Numbered from the stretch's first letter, positions 24,498 through 38,503 are shown. The stretch: 64,000 nt of DNA from Batkoa obscura (GCA_030770535.1 JASVEC010000019.1:372001-436000); one strand, 5' to 3'. Notes: generated by a model not told the origin, from the sequence alone. Translations and numbers: made by a program.

Positions 24498-27400
24498 TTA
24501 CGTATAAAATTTCTTATTAATCAAATATAACAATAAATTAACATTGACTTTGACTTGTTCATCAAACAATGACAATGTTGTAACATTATCAAACTGAGCT
24601 TGTAATAATTCATCAAACCTTAACTCTACCTTAGCATTAGGAATCTTCAACCCATGTAAAGCTGCTTCTACATGGAATACACCCATTTCATCTGAAGAAA
24701 TAGTCAATGACATTTTACCAAAATCATTTGGATTGAATTTAGCGATAGATTCTAATATTCCTCTTTTATATAATTCATCGGCTTTATATTTATAAGATCC
24801 AAATTTAGGCATTTTGCCAGATCGTTGTAAACCTTTAACATGAAAATACTGTTGTGAAAATGGTCTTGTTCGATGTTTTTTTTGTGCTTTTCCAGCACGC
24901 AGATTAGACATACAAGTGGAAATGTAAGAGTGGTAAGACTTTTTTTGTTCTAATAAAAAACTGCTGATTTCAGATAAATTCACTAAAGTTTGTCGGACTT
25001 TGCGGAATTCTTCTGATCTTTGTTGGCGTCGTTGGTGTTTATTTTTAATATCTTTTGCAATAGCATTGACAATCGATTGATAGCCATCTTCTTTTGATAC
25101 TAATCCATAAGATTCTAAATCTTCCATATTTTTTAAGATATGTTGTTTAAGTTGTGTTAAAGTAAGTCTAATTAAAATAGATTAAATTGTTAATATTATG
25201 CAATAATTAATATTAAATTGAATTTTTACCTTCTTAAATTGGCCAAAAAATCAGAAGTTAAAAGATCAATGGAACTAGAAGATGATTCGGAAGGTGATGG
25301 TGAATCATTGATTTTTTCGTTATTCGATATTTCTTCATCAAGTATTATAGAATATTTAACTTCTTCTTCTTTTGATACTTCTTTTAATAATATACTATGC
25401 AGTGTTTGACCAGATTGTACTTTAATAACATATAATACTTGTCTTTTAGTTTCTAAAAAGATTTGTTGGGCAACTTCAGCTTTTTCTAGGTTAAAAAATA
25501 AGATAAAATAAACTACTATTAAATAAATAAATAATTTATACTTACGGTTATTACTAGTTAAAGGGTCGGTTAATACTAAAGCAATTTCTTTACCAAGTGT
25601 ACGATCATCAAAATTCATCAATTGAGGAGCAGGACCTAACTCATTAAGTATTTTATGAATAGGATCGTTTTCATCTACTGCAATTATATCTGCATTTTCA
25701 TGGATTAAACGATGTAAAGAAATAATTTCATTGTATGAAATATAAATTGTTGGTTTTCTTGTATTTACTTGGTCTAAATATTCATCAATGTCAAATACGA
25801 TTTCTGGCTCATCTACTTCAGTTACTATTTATATAGAAATAAATTATTAATATTAATTTATTTAACTATATTACACTCTATTAAATTTACCTGATTCAAA
25901 ATAACGAGCAAATTTCTCAGCTGTAAAACCAATAAAATTATTTAAGGGTTGTAAAAAGATATTTTCATCTGAAAATAATTTGCCCATTGAAACTTGATTT
26001 AACATTTTGGCAATCTAAAAAAATACATTGATTAACTAGATCATCTTTAATACAATATTCTAATATTTACTTCAGCTAAATTTTTTCTTTGTATTGGATT
26101 AATTACAGTTTCAATGACATCAAACAATTCTGGTGCTCTAAATAATACATCATTAAAAACAAAATACATATAAAACCCAATTTTAAATTTACGTAATAGC
26201 AGGATTAATATATCTATAATAAACCAAATGTCCTACTACTTTAATAATTGTATTTGGTCTTTCTTCAGGGAATTTAGCCTGTAATAAAACATTATTAATC
26301 ATTTATATAATATCTTTTAAATAAAATTATCTACAATTAATGCTTTCTTTAGTTCTTTAGCGATATATCTAACACCATAAGGCATGGAATCTAATGAATC
26401 TAAAATGGCATCAATCATAGAAGAGGTAATTGAGCGAAGTTGCTGTAAATCTAAAAACAAAATATAAATACATAAATCATTATATAAAAATAAACAAACT
26501 TACGTTTAATAAAAGCAGCTTTTGTTTCAGGATCATTTAAAGCAGATTGTTTAGAAACATTATATTTCTTTTTAGATTTTGTCCCAGTTTTAGATTCTTC
26601 TTCTCTAATTACTCCACGATAAATCTAAAATAATTCAAGTTATAATTAATGAATTATTGTTCCATTTATTTTATAATAATGATTAAAAATTCTTACACAA
26701 ACAGGATCTGTTTCTAAATCCAAATCTTTATCTTCTAATATAGGTTTAATTAAAGGTTGAAGTAAATCTCTTAAATATTTCCTTTCTTTTGCACCTCGAT
26801 TATAATGAACTGCCAATTGAATAAATACTGGATTGCCTCTCAAAAATTCTTCAATTTTATTAACGCTGTTAATTTCTTCGTCAATGGCTTGCTATAACAA
26901 TTGAAGTATTAATACTAAAATATTATTGCTATTATTGTTAACTTACTTTAAATAATTTCAACAATAGATATTCTTCTCTTTTATTTTGGGCAAAATTGAA
27001 GAGGGTTAGAACAATTGTCTCAATAAATTTTTTACCTCGATCCCCCATTTGATTTTTATTATAAACTAATAATCTAGCTAAATAAACTGGGTGTATTTGT
27101 AATAAATAAAATAATGATTGGTAATTTTTTAGTTTCATTCTTGATTCTTTATCTAAACTTTTTAATGAAAAGCCTGAAATTGATACATTTGTACTACTCA
27201 TTGAGCCAAATGAATTAAAGCTACCACTTCCATCTAATGCAAATGAATTTCTTTTGGATTGAAATAATCCTTTACTGGAATTTACTACTTCATCTAGTGT
27301 AATTCGATTTTTGACTAATAAAGCTATTTTGATATCTAATTCACTTAATTCTGATTCTGTTGTTTTGTTAGATCTTATTGTTTGTACTACTTTTTGTCGT

Positions 27401-29644
27401 AATTTTTCTAATTCCAATTCGGCTGTAAAATCAGCATCTGTGTCATCCAATAAATACAAAAAGTTTCTCATTGCTGCTACAGGTGGGTTTTCTTTCATTG
27501 CTAATCAAATTCAATATATTAATACTATCTAATTAAATTAATTTTATTCTTACCAATATCATAATAAGCTCTTTTGGCCATTTTGGCTCTAAAAATAGAT
27601 TGTAATTTAATAACTGTATCTTCATGTTGTTCAAAATGATTTAATCTAGCGTTAGCTTGATTACGATGAATAAATCCTCTAGCCATAGCTTGAATTTGAC
27701 AAATTTTACTTTCTTGTTCATTTAAAAAAGTTAAATTTTTAGTCCATTTATTTCTAACTAATAAACCACGACCTAAACCTTGTAATAATTCGATTTTTTC
27801 ATAATTATTGTTTAATATTTCTTGTCTTTCTGTCCAGGCTTTTGTAGTTAAATGACGTTTGCACATGGCTTGTAAATCAATGATTTTAGTTTCATTCATT
27901 TTTAACTCATCCATTTTATGACTTTGTTCTTTTCTAGCTAAATGGCCTCGAACAATAGCTTGTAAGTTAATTATATCTTCTTTAGAAGCGATTATTTCTT
28001 CTTTGGCTTTTACAAATTTCCTTCTTGTCAAATACCCTTTAGCAATAGATTGGACATTTTGTATATTATTAGTCTCCACTTTCAATTCAGCTTTAATTTC
28101 TTTATCTTTTCTTCTAGCTAATACGGCTTTAGAAAGTGCTTGTAAAGAAACAACTGTATTTTCTTTTTCATTGATAGATTTTAATTTTAATTGGTGTTCT
28201 TTCTGTACTAGCTTGGATTTTATTAATGCTTGTAATGAGCAAACACTGCTATTAACGGTTTCACTAGTTAAATTGGATTTAATCAAATTTACTTTTTTTC
28301 TAGTTAATACTCCTTTGCATAACCCTTGAAGCTCGGGTAAACTGGCTGATTGACTTTGTATTACTTTTAATTTTTCAGAATATATTAAGCGTACTGCTAC
28401 TCCCTTAGCTTGGGCTTGTAGCTAATAGAAAAATTTTAATATATTATTACAAACAATTATTTTAAAACACATACCTTAGTAATTTTCTCAGCAACTTCAC
28501 TAACTTGTTGTTTTTTATGTAAATAATTATTACGGCTCAATAAACCTCTAGAAAGTGCTTGAATAGTAACTACTTTTGGTTCAACTTGAGTTTTTATTTC
28601 ATTAACTTTATGCAAATACTTCTTCCTCTCCAATACTTTTCTACTAATTGCTTGAAGTGAAATCACTTTATCTTCAATTAATTCTTCTCTTTTTATCCAA
28701 TCTCTACGCACTAAATAACCTCTCATGACACCTTGAACTTTTTTCAAACTATCTGTTTGTTGTTGAATATCATATTCCACAAAGGATTTAGTCAATGGTT
28801 CATTCATTTCTTTAGCTAATTGCGATCTCACATTTTTAAACTGTGGTAAAGCTACCCCTGAGTTATCTAATTGTCTTTGGGTTATGTGAATTTGTTCATC
28901 CGTAAATTGTAAATAACCAATTAAATTATTAATACTTGGAGCCAATTTACGTTTATATAATAAATGACTTAACGCATGTAAGCAATAAATAACTTTGGGG
29001 ATGTTTTTTTTATCATATAAATCCGTTAACTCAAATTTAAAATTTTCTGGTAATCCAATCTTATTTAATGCTGAAAATACATAATTGATATTATCAGAAT
29101 GACGATATTGCAAACGTTTATCCTAGATAATTAGGTTAACATAAATTGGAAATAAATTGTTTCTTTTTATGAGCAAAACTTACTTCAAATATCCTTTTTA
29201 CACAATCTGGTTCAAATTTTTTAACTAATTTAGCTAGGACAATGCCATTTCTAATATCTTCGTCTAAAGAAGTAATAGGTGCTATTTCTTCGCCAATAAT
29301 TTTTTCAATCCATCTAATTTAAAAACATTAACATAAATATCCCAAAGTGGCTAAGAATGAATATTAAATAATAATAATAATAAAACATACTCTTTAACTT
29401 CACCAATATGACATAAATATTCGTAAGCTTGTAAATTTTTTCTTTCAACATCAACCCAACTTCCTGTTCTTAAATATCGAGCGTTTCTCGGACTTTGTTT
29501 TGTTTTTTGTAAACGATGACGACCGGAAAGACCTAGAAAATGGTTTATTTGTTTAATTATTAATTTATAGGATCGTCTAAACCATTTACCGGTGACCTCA
29601 TTAGTATCCGGAGTAGATATCGTTAAATTATTTTTTTTAAACAT
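24498..29644 (-). CDS. IQG1: IQGAP-related protein (CH domain, IQ repeats, RasGAP-related domain, RasGAP_C); multi-exon
   Basis: LQAYEYLCHIGE, YRHSDNIN and KNIPKVIYCLHALS (CH); many LQxxxRGxLxR IQ motifs; REEYLLLKLF; C-terminal VNVNLLLYLINKKFY; many short GT-AG introns. Start position less certain. Confidence 0.92.
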
Positions 29645-30837
29645 ATTCCCTTATTGCTTTATGTTATTATTAAATTAATATCAAAGTTGGTTGATTATTA
29701 GCATTTAAAATTTTAAAGCTAAAAAAAAATAGAATTTGTTGAGTTTCAATATTTTATAATTGATGTTAAAATTTAGCTTTGAGTGTAATAAAACTGAGAA
29801 CCAATCAATTGGCTATAAATTTGTCCATTTTCTGAAGATGGGGCATGCTAAGTTTAAAGTTTGAGTGATAATTAATAGGTTTAAAGATGTGGAAGTGGAA
29901 CGTTTTTAGGGTTTTAGCAGATAAGTATTGTAATATACCAGATATTAAATCATATGAGAGATTACAAATCTTACACTAGCAACTACTATAGAATTCTACT
30001 TTGAAGAAATAAAATCAACTTCCTTATCAGAAATGATAGTTGTTTTTCTAAAAAAACAAGTAAATTCTAATTAGCTCATAGTGACACTTAATTTTTTTAA
30101 GACCTTTAAGTTACCCATAGTCTCTAAAAATTATTGTACCAAAGTTATCAAATTTTAATAAACAATTTTTTGTGATTTTTTAAACAATGATTTATAGCGA
30201 TTTAATCAATATTGATTAAGTTTAAAATCTGGATTAAAATTTAAAATTGGATTTTAGTTTCACTTTTTTTGTTCATTTTCTATGCAGCATAAAATTTTAA
30301 AAAATACTAGTTAAATTTTTCAGCCTTGTAATTTACAAAATCAATGGTTTTGTTCATTGTTAAATTTACCAAATAAACTTTATACCTTTAATTTAAAATA
30401 GGATTGGCATGTATATAAATATCATTTAAAATACAGCGACGTTATTATGACTAGACGTTAACATTTGTTAACTTAAATGATAAATGTAGATACTATTTTT
30501 GCTCTATTTATTTGACCATTTTCATTTAAAATTTGAAAATATTATAATGTGTAAGTATTAAGCCAAAAAAAACAGTCCAATGGTAACTATTTAAAATTAA
30601 GCAAAAAAGTGACTGTTCTGAAGTTGCTGGTTGGTCTTCATTTTAAACATTTGGATTATCAAAACTGGAAAAAAATTGAACCTTGGGTTTAAGCTAGTTT
30701 ATGTTGAACTCAATATATATATGGCTTGTTAAATGAAAGCAGTAAAGGCAAATCTGTGCTGAGGTTACTATTTTAATATTTCATTAGAAGTTAATCATAA
30801 ACAGTAGTAAAAGGGACTAAAACTTATTTGATAGAAA

Positions 30838-31986
30838 ATGAACTTTATTATAGAAGTGTATTTAATATTTTTATCTTGATTCAGCTGACATTGAGAAAAT
30901 TTCAGAGTGTAATAAGAAAACTAGAGATATGGGAATTAGATAAGGATCAAAAGTAGCGATTCTTCAAAGCCGTAAAAAATTTAAACAGTGACAAAGGGAA
31001 TAATAAATTTACTAGGTATTTTGCTCTACATAGTAAACAGTTTTTTGATATCTACAACAGCCTAGTTTTTTCCATGGAGTCGAGCTTATCTCAATAGTTT
31101 TGAAAAAGATCCACAGACTATTGATAGTAGTATAATTCTACTTTATTGTGATTACTCAGCTGACTAGGATAATCCAACAAATATGATAATACTTAATGAT
31201 GGATACTTTTGTAGAAAAATAGATAAACATAAAAATTGTGTGATAGTGGTCCTTTTGCGAATTTTATAGTAAACACACTAACAAGGGATCATTTGAAGAG
31301 AGATTATAATGCAGGTAGACGAACGACCCCATTTTATCCACCAGAACTTGCTGAAGACATTATGGCGTCATCAAAGAACTACAATAGCTTTAGTAAGATG
31401 ATTGAGTACCTTCTATACGATAGCATCCGTACTAATATTGGTGGCTATTTTGGTGATTTAATTGAGGCATTTTCTTCTAATGACCCATCATTCTATACGC
31501 ATCACGCTTTTATTGATATTTTTTGGCATGAGTGGCAGTTATATAATTCTAATTTAGAAAAGAGCTATTTCGGATCAAAAGAAATAAATCAGTTAGTAGA
31601 AATGATATACTTCATGGACTTAATGTAACGGTAGCCCCTGCTTTTAACATAAAAAGCGATAGCTATTGTTAGAAATATAAAAATATTATATAAATACCAA
31701 GAGTACTAAAACAACCCTAGGATTTATCATTGTGCCTATTGCTGGATGTTTTAGTTTCGGAGTGGTCCTTGTGCGAATTAGTTCATATATCAAATTCATT
31801 GTTAGTGGATCGGCTACTGTTTTTAAATCTCGTTCCAATCAAAAGAAAGTTATACCTTTTGTTGAACTAATGTCAGAAAATATATCTATTATAAAAAATA
31901 TGAACGTTACTTATTTAAAAGAACTTGAAGCTAATTAACAATTCATTCAGCTTTTAAATGACCTTCTAGATTGTAAAACTATTTAG
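30838..31986 (+). pseudogene. Tyrosinase pseudogene (paralog of 34325..35482)
   Basis: Colinear with the intact gene (SGPFANF, DPSFYTHHAFIDIFWHEWQL, KNMNVTYLKELEAN); several stops and frameshifts. Confidence 0.9.
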
Positions 31987-32091
31987 ATACTTTTATTTTA
32001 TTTTATTAAATTTACGAATAAAATATTAATAAATAAATTATTGTCATTTGCTAGAAAGTTATTTCTGAAGCAATCTCTTTTTTAAGCAAAT

Positions 32092-32192
32092 GGGGATGTA
32101 TTTTTATATTTAAGAATTTTACTAACAAATTTTCCGCTCAAATAGCACTTAAAAAATGGAAAAAATGACGAAGTCAAAAAAAAAACACTACC
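32092..32192. mobile_element. MITE copy
   Basis: ggggatgt...acactacc; AAAT/AAAT TSD. Confidence 0.85.
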
Positions 32193-32453
32193 AAATCTTA
32201 TTTTAAGAATACAGAATTGCTACAAGCACTTTTTTGCACTAAATAATTATTTTAAAAATGAAAGACATCTGTTATTACAAGCAATAACCTACTTATTTTT
32301 TCTCTAAAAAAGAGCATTAGCTTAGAAACGATTTTTACTGTTATAATTTAGTTTATAGTAAAGGTGCTTTATAAATAACTTCAATTTTTGATTACAAGAT
32401 AATTAGCATGAAATTAAATAAACTGAGGAGTCAGAAAATCCAAAAAACTATAT

Positions 32454-32550
32454 GGGAGTGTTTTTTTAACTTCATTACTTTTTCCTTTTTTAAGCGCTAT
32501 TTAAGTGGAAAATTTGTTAGTAGAGTTCTTAAATACAAAAATACATCCCC
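32454..32550. mobile_element. MITE copy
   Basis: gggagtg...acatcccc; ATAT/ATAT TSD. Confidence 0.85.
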
Positions 32551-32918
32551 ATATTTTCAAGGCAAAAATAGCTCAAAAAAATATTACTAAATTAATAGAT
32601 TTACTCTCAGTTCTATTTAAAGCAGCCACAAGTCATAAGACCTTGAATTTAAAGCAAAAATTAAATTAAACTAAATTAAACCCTAAATTTCTTTCATCAA
32701 TATACTTAAATGAAATACATTACGCTGTCTTAAATTATATTTTAAAATATTATTATTTTATAGCATAAAATAATTTTTTACTAAAAATTTTTCTTGACTT
32801 TTTACTCACCTTATTTTGTTATAATCGACTATTAAATTTTTTATAAAGCTTTACAGGGTATATAGAAAACTAAAAGCAGAATTTGATTATGTGAATAGGA
32901 TACTAAATAAAGCTATAT

Positions 32919-33015
32919 GGAGATGTATTTTTTTATTTAAGAATTTTATTAGCAATCTTTCTGTTTAAATACTGCTTAAAAATGGAAAAAGTGGTGAAAC
33001 CAAAAAAATGTCCTT
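32919..33015. mobile_element. MITE copy (degenerate)
   Basis: ggagatgt start with family core. Confidence 0.7.
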
Positions 33016-33038
33016 ATGTACTACAAACTTTAATATAT

Positions 33039-33129
33039 GGGGACGTATTTTTATATTTAAAAATTTACTAGCAAATTTTCCGCTTAAACAGCGCTTAAAA
33101 AATGGAAAAAATAATTAAAAAGCACTCCC
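33039..33129. mobile_element. MITE copy
   Basis: ggggacgt...cactccc; ATAT/ATAT TSD. Confidence 0.8.
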
Positions 33130-34324
33130 ATATTTCAAGTGTTTTTAAAAAAAATATAGAATAAGAACTTGACATATAAATAAACAAAATTGGTACAGGT
33201 TTATTATTCAAAGTATTCTGAATATCATTTTTATTTGTGCAGATTGTCTTACATTCTGTTTACTTTGTTAACTTTAATTTATTTTAAAGAGTATAAAATT
33301 ATTAAAAGCATATATTTAAATATACATGATGATTAAAAGAAACATAAACAATGAGGTGAAAACATGGTATATTAAAAAATAGTGCATAAAATACAATATG
33401 AGATCAAATCTCAATTATCTAATAGATAAAGCTTTAAACATAGTTGTAATAAGAGTAAGTAGTAATCAAAACTGTAGCATTTGGTTGGTTTGTAGTAGTT
33501 TATTTTTGATATTTCTGATATTTTTAATAATATTGAAACTTAGTCTTAAAAATAATAATTTTGAACAATTTTGAGCAATTTATTCATTTAATATTGGGCT
33601 TTGGTGTAGGTAGGAGACATCTTTATGTTGAGATTTTTATATAGGTTTCAGTAGAAGCAGCCGTTTTAACCCGGAATCATACAAGTAATTTTACTAAAAT
33701 AAAATGGCCAGGACAAAATAAAGCAAGGTAATAGTATTCAAATTACAGGTGAGGGTTTATTTCTATGAAATTTCTTTTACATGATTTCAGGCTAAAATGA
33801 CTATCCCTGATGAAACCTGCATAAAAATCTCAGTATAAAATTGCCTATCTATATTAAAACAGGTTCGTGTTTTCTGATTTATGTCACTTTCATTTTTTTA
33901 ATGAGTTTAAAACAAAACAATAAAATCTCAAAAACTAAAATTGAAATTTAATTTTTGAACATAATTTTTTTAAAAACAACTGAAATAGTCAGATAATTAA
34001 AAATGCTGAAGTTATTGAAGTAATAGTTATATTATCATATACTCTTTTTGTAGGTTTGTTATTAAACCAGCTTCAACTTACAGTTAGAGCGAAAATCTTT
34101 TAAATTTAGATAATCATGAGAATTCAAATTTCAAGTTATTACTAAAGTTAAAATTCTAAACATTGAGTTCCTTTTCATTTTTTATAAGCCGCTTCATAAA
34201 TATGCCTCAGTCTATTTAAGAAAAGAATATCATCATCATCAAAGCAGTAAAGAGGCATTTGTGCTAAGTTTTTTCTTATGATATAAATAGCAATGAGAAA
34301 AAACATAAATTATTTAGCAGAAAA

Positions 34325-35482
34325 ATGAAATTATTTTTACAAAGTTCCTTCGTTTTAATTCTCTTGTTACAATTGGTATTAGGTAAATGTCAACAGATAG
34401 TGAGAAGACCAGAGATTCGAGAGCTAACTAAAGATCAAAGAGAAAGATTCTTTAACGCCATTAAAGTCTTAAACAGTGATAAAGGAAATAACAAATTTAC
34501 AGGGTATTCAACTATTCATAATATATATTTCAATGAGATCCATTTCAACCCTTCATTTTTCCCATGGCATCGAGCATACCTTCGCATGTTTGAGAAAGAC
34601 TTGCAATCCATTGATAGTAGCATTATCTTGCCTTATTGGGATTGGTCTTTAGATTCCGATGACCCAACAAATTCTATTATACTTAGTGATGAGTATTTTG
34701 GTAAGAATGGTGACAAAGATACACACTGTGTAACCAGTGGTCCCTTTGCTAATTTCATGGTAAATGTACCAAAAAGGCACTGTTTAAAAAGGGACTATAA
34801 CAAAGGGGATAAAGTAACTCCATTTTACCCACCAGAATCTATTGAGGCTATTATAGCTTCGTCAAAGAATTACATCACCTTTAGAAATGTAATCGAATAT
34901 CTACCTCATTCTGTCATCCATACCAATATCGGTGGGGCTGTAGGTGATTTATCGGATTTCTTTTCACCTAATGATCCGTTATTTTATATGCATCATGCTT
35001 TCATTGATCTTTTATGGCATGAGTGGCAATTGCGTAATCCTAGTTTAGCAAATAGCTATAGCGGATTAAAGAGACTTAAGCCTGTTAGTTCAAACGATAT
35101 ACTTGATGGACTCAATGTAACAGTGGCGACTACACTTAACACAAAAGGTGATGGCTATTGCTATGAGTACAAGAGATATTATGCGAATTCAAAGAGTATC
35201 AAGGCAATATTAGGATTTATTGTTGTACCCACTACCGAATTTTTTAATTTTAGAGTGATCCTTGCACAAATTAATTTAGTTATTAAATACATCACTGGGG
35301 AGTTAATTACCATATTTAAACCACGTTCTGGTCAAAAGAAAATTATACCTTTTGTTGAGCCTATACCTGAAAATAGAATTGTTATGAAGAACATGAATGT
35401 TACTTATTTAAGAGAGCTTGAAGCTAATTACAAACAGTTTATACAGCTTTTGAATGACCTTCCGGATTATAAACCTATTTAA
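34325..35482 (+). CDS. Secreted tyrosinase / type-3 copper protein
   Basis: Signal peptide; CuA H...IH...FFPWHRAYL; LPYWDW; CuB PHSVIH...SPNDPLFYMHHAFID; intronless. Confidence 0.92.
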   Translation: MKLFLQSSFVLILLLQLVLGKCQQIVRRPEIRELTKDQRERFFNAIKVLNSDKGNNKFTGYSTIHNIYFNEIHFNPSFFPWHRAYLRMFEKDLQSIDSSIILPYWDWSLDSDDPTNSIILSDEYFGKNGDKDTHCVTSGPFANFMVNVPKRHCLKRDYNKGDKVTPFYPPESIEAIIASSKNYITFRNVIEYLPHSVIHTNIGGAVGDLSDFFSPNDPLFYMHHAFIDLLWHEWQLRNPSLANSYSGLKRLKPVSSNDILDGLNVTVATTLNTKGDGYCYEYKRYYANSKSIKAILGFIVVPTTEFFNFRVILAQINLVIKYITGELITIFKPRSGQKKIIPFVEPIPENRIVMKNMNVTYLRELEANYKQFIQLLNDLPDYKPI

Positions 35483-35946
35483 ACAAAAAGGTTTATAGCA
35501 ATAGATTATATATATATTTAAGTAAATAAATCATCCTGCCATTTACTAGTACCATAGTTTATTTATTTTAATGTTAAAATAGTACTAGTTTACTATTAAA
35601 TCCATAAAAATATCAAAACAATGACCTTGATCAATAGATACTAGAGACGTTTACTAAAGTTTTGTTGAGTATTTTATAAAATAACAAATCGTTGATTTTA
35701 GCAATAGGGTTTAAATTTTAAATTATTCTTACTCTCGAAAATCCTATAAATTCCTTAATAAAGCATTACATGAACAAACTAGTATCCGGATTATCATTAA
35801 ATCAGATAAAATTTAGAATTTCAATTTAGAAGAATCTGATTGGAACCACAGCAAAATCCCAGAGAATAAATATTAAATCCGACTCATCAGATAAAATCCA
35901 CTATAAAATAATTTTTTTATAATTTTTAGTCTCAACTTTTATTAAC

Positions 35947-37104
35947 ATGACAAAAGGAATAACTCGAATTGCAATTGTAGGTGGGAATTATGGAGGATTA
36001 GGTGCTGCATACAATTTAGTAAATTTCTTTTACCCTAACAAAAGTGAGCATCCAGAAGCGGCCGTTGAAATCCGATTATATGATAAACGTCAAGGATTTG
36101 TACATCTCATAGGTATGACACGTGGTTTGACCGGTGACAAATTAGGTCCAACATTATATACCCCACACATTGAGTTACCCTATTACAAAGATGGGAAGGT
36201 TGAATTTATTTACAAAAAAGTGACCCAAATCTTCAAAAATCATTTGATTACTGAAGATGGTCAACAGGATCCTTTTGATTACTTAATCTTAGCTACAGGT
36301 TATTTGAGAGGCCCACCTATTTGGCCAGCTGCAAGTACTCACTCTGAGCTTAAAGAAGAGCTACTTGATTACGCTAAAAAAATCGAACAGGCCAAAGATA
36401 TCGTAGTAGTCGGTGGTGGAGCAGTAGGAGTAGAAATGGCATGTGATATAGCTTGTCACTTCAAGGATAAGAAAGTAAGTTTACTTCATTCCAGAGAATT
36501 ACCAATCCCTGGTCCTTTTACTGATGAGTTTCGTAACAAAGTAGTACAGGTTTTAGAGGAGTTTAAAGTTAATTTATTGTTTAAACAAAGATTGTTAAAC
36601 AAAGAAGAGATTATTGAGGAGGGTAAAATAAGATACAAATTGACTACTAGTCAAAATAATACTATTGAATGTGATATGGTGATTGAATGTACTGGTTTTG
36701 GTGCCCCAAATAGCGAGCTATTACAACTTGATAACGTATTAGATGAAAAGAAATTGGTTAAGATTCGCCCCACCTTACAATTAGAGTCCCCAAAATACTC
36801 TCACATTTATGCTATTGGAGATGTAAATAATTTCCAAGAAATCAAATTAGCAGGTGGTGCTATGTATCAAGGTATGTATGCCGCTAGAAGTATCCATCAA
36901 TTGGTAGTTAAAAACGATGATAAATTAGAAGAATATCCAAAGTTCTTTCAACACCTTTATCTTTTATTGGGCCCAGGTAAGATCTTAGCTTTCGCTGAAG
37001 AGGGTATTCTTACTGAAACTACTCTGCCTAATACCAGTTCTACCTATTTATTAAAAGATATGGGACGTGATGCTTGTAAAGCGGGTTTAGGGTTTGAAGT
37101 TTAA
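35947..37104 (+). CDS. FAD/NAD(P)H-dependent oxidoreductase, AIFM2/AMID (FSP1-like) family
   Basis: IAIVGGNYGG, FDYLILATG, VVVGGGAVGVEMA, IRPTLQ, IYAIGD motifs. Confidence 0.88.
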   Translation: MTKGITRIAIVGGNYGGLGAAYNLVNFFYPNKSEHPEAAVEIRLYDKRQGFVHLIGMTRGLTGDKLGPTLYTPHIELPYYKDGKVEFIYKKVTQIFKNHLITEDGQQDPFDYLILATGYLRGPPIWPAASTHSELKEELLDYAKKIEQAKDIVVVGGGAVGVEMACDIACHFKDKKVSLLHSRELPIPGPFTDEFRNKVVQVLEEFKVNLLFKQRLLNKEEIIEEGKIRYKLTTSQNNTIECDMVIECTGFGAPNSELLQLDNVLDEKKLVKIRPTLQLESPKYSHIYAIGDVNNFQEIKLAGGAMYQGMYAARSIHQLVVKNDDKLEEYPKFFQHLYLLLGPGKILAFAEEGILTETTLPNTSSTYLLKDMGRDACKAGLGFEV

Positions 37105-38226
37105 ATTTTTTAATTGGGCTTTTCTTATTTCTTGGTTGTAAAATAAAAATAATTTTTAAATTTATTTTTAAAGTTTGAATGTTATCTGAATAACAAATTT
37201 GAAGTATTATAAAATTAAACGATGTTGCCAATATGAATGCTTTGAATTGCAGTTTTAAACTATCAATAATATTACAAAAGAAGCTAAAACATTATGAATA
37301 TTAAAATACTAAAGTTAGATTATTATTGGGCAATTTATTAGAGTTAAAGGCCGGATTAATATAACTCTATCCAATTCAACAATAGGACATATTTCAATAG
37401 TTCCCTAAAAGGACTTTAAATATAGGGTATTAGAACCGTAGAGAGCAATAAAGGATTAGGAATGGTATGCTTAAAATTAATGTCGAAACCTATTTTTTCT
37501 AATGTCAAATGGAACGGATCTAATCATTTTTAGATATGGAAAATAAAGACCAATAGTCACTGAATTTTGACATTTAAATTATTTGTGTTGTTGAGATTTT
37601 TGCATTTTCTCACTGAGGTTTTTTTCTACAACTGCATCATGGCCACTATAAAACACCATCACTTTGTATTCAAGCTTCAAAGCGATTTAAATTTTTATAT
37701 TTATTTTTTTCAAAATAAACTAGAACCCCCTTACCTTAGTCTCTTACATGCATAAAAGCTTTGAGTATATGCTCAAAATAACTGCCACCTTCCATATATT
37801 AATTTCTAAGCATTCACTCTTGCTATAATTAACGAGTTCTAATATAGATAAGCTTTTCCAATAGACCCCCTTCTAACCTATCGTCCTTAGAATGCCCAGA
37901 TATTTTTCCAAGGTGGTATCTAAAAGTGAATTAGTTGTTCGACCTACATGCCGTAAGTTATATATACCAGTAAGATAAAAATAAAAATATTCTTTAATTC
38001 TGGTTTTTTTCACCTAAAAAGTGGTGAATGGCATATATAGACTTGAACTTAATGTGATACAGGGTATTTCTGCTTTTTAAGGACAGTTGAAATTTTTTAA
38101 AAAAAAGGAAACAAAGCTAAAAGAGAATGTGGTAGTAAAAATAGCAGATAGTGTATAGTAATATACTGTATTTTTTTTAAAAAAATTACAAAGGTTCATT
38201 TTTAAAACTTGATTTAGAGTTAATAT

Positions 38227-38325
38227 GGGAGTGTTTTTTTTAACTTCATTATTTTTTCCATTTATTAAGCGCTATTTAAGCGGAAAAATTGTTAATAAAA
38301 TTCTTAAACACAAAAACATATCCCC
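38227..38325. mobile_element. MITE copy
   Basis: gggagtg...tatcccc; ATAT/ATAT TSD. Confidence 0.85.
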
Positions 38326-38503
38326 ATATATATTTTTATCTATTTTTAACAGTTTTTTAAATAAAAAAAATTGAAAGGTTAAAACCTTGTATTATATGGT
38401 AATAAATGTTTAACTTCAAAATAACAAATCAGCATACAAATTCATACTATAGCAGCTTTATCTAAAAAAACTTTAAAAAGCTCTTCAAATAGAAGCATTA
38501 AAT

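Noticed and set aside
18241..31986. In-frame stops in tyrosinase copies as recoding (Sec or readthrough)
   Set aside because: Stops are of mixed type and come with frameshifts and lost copper ligands; intact genes read normally in the standard code.
37300..38050. Slightly GC-richer stretch, possible transposon relic
   Set aside because: No recognizable motif, ends or second copy in this window.
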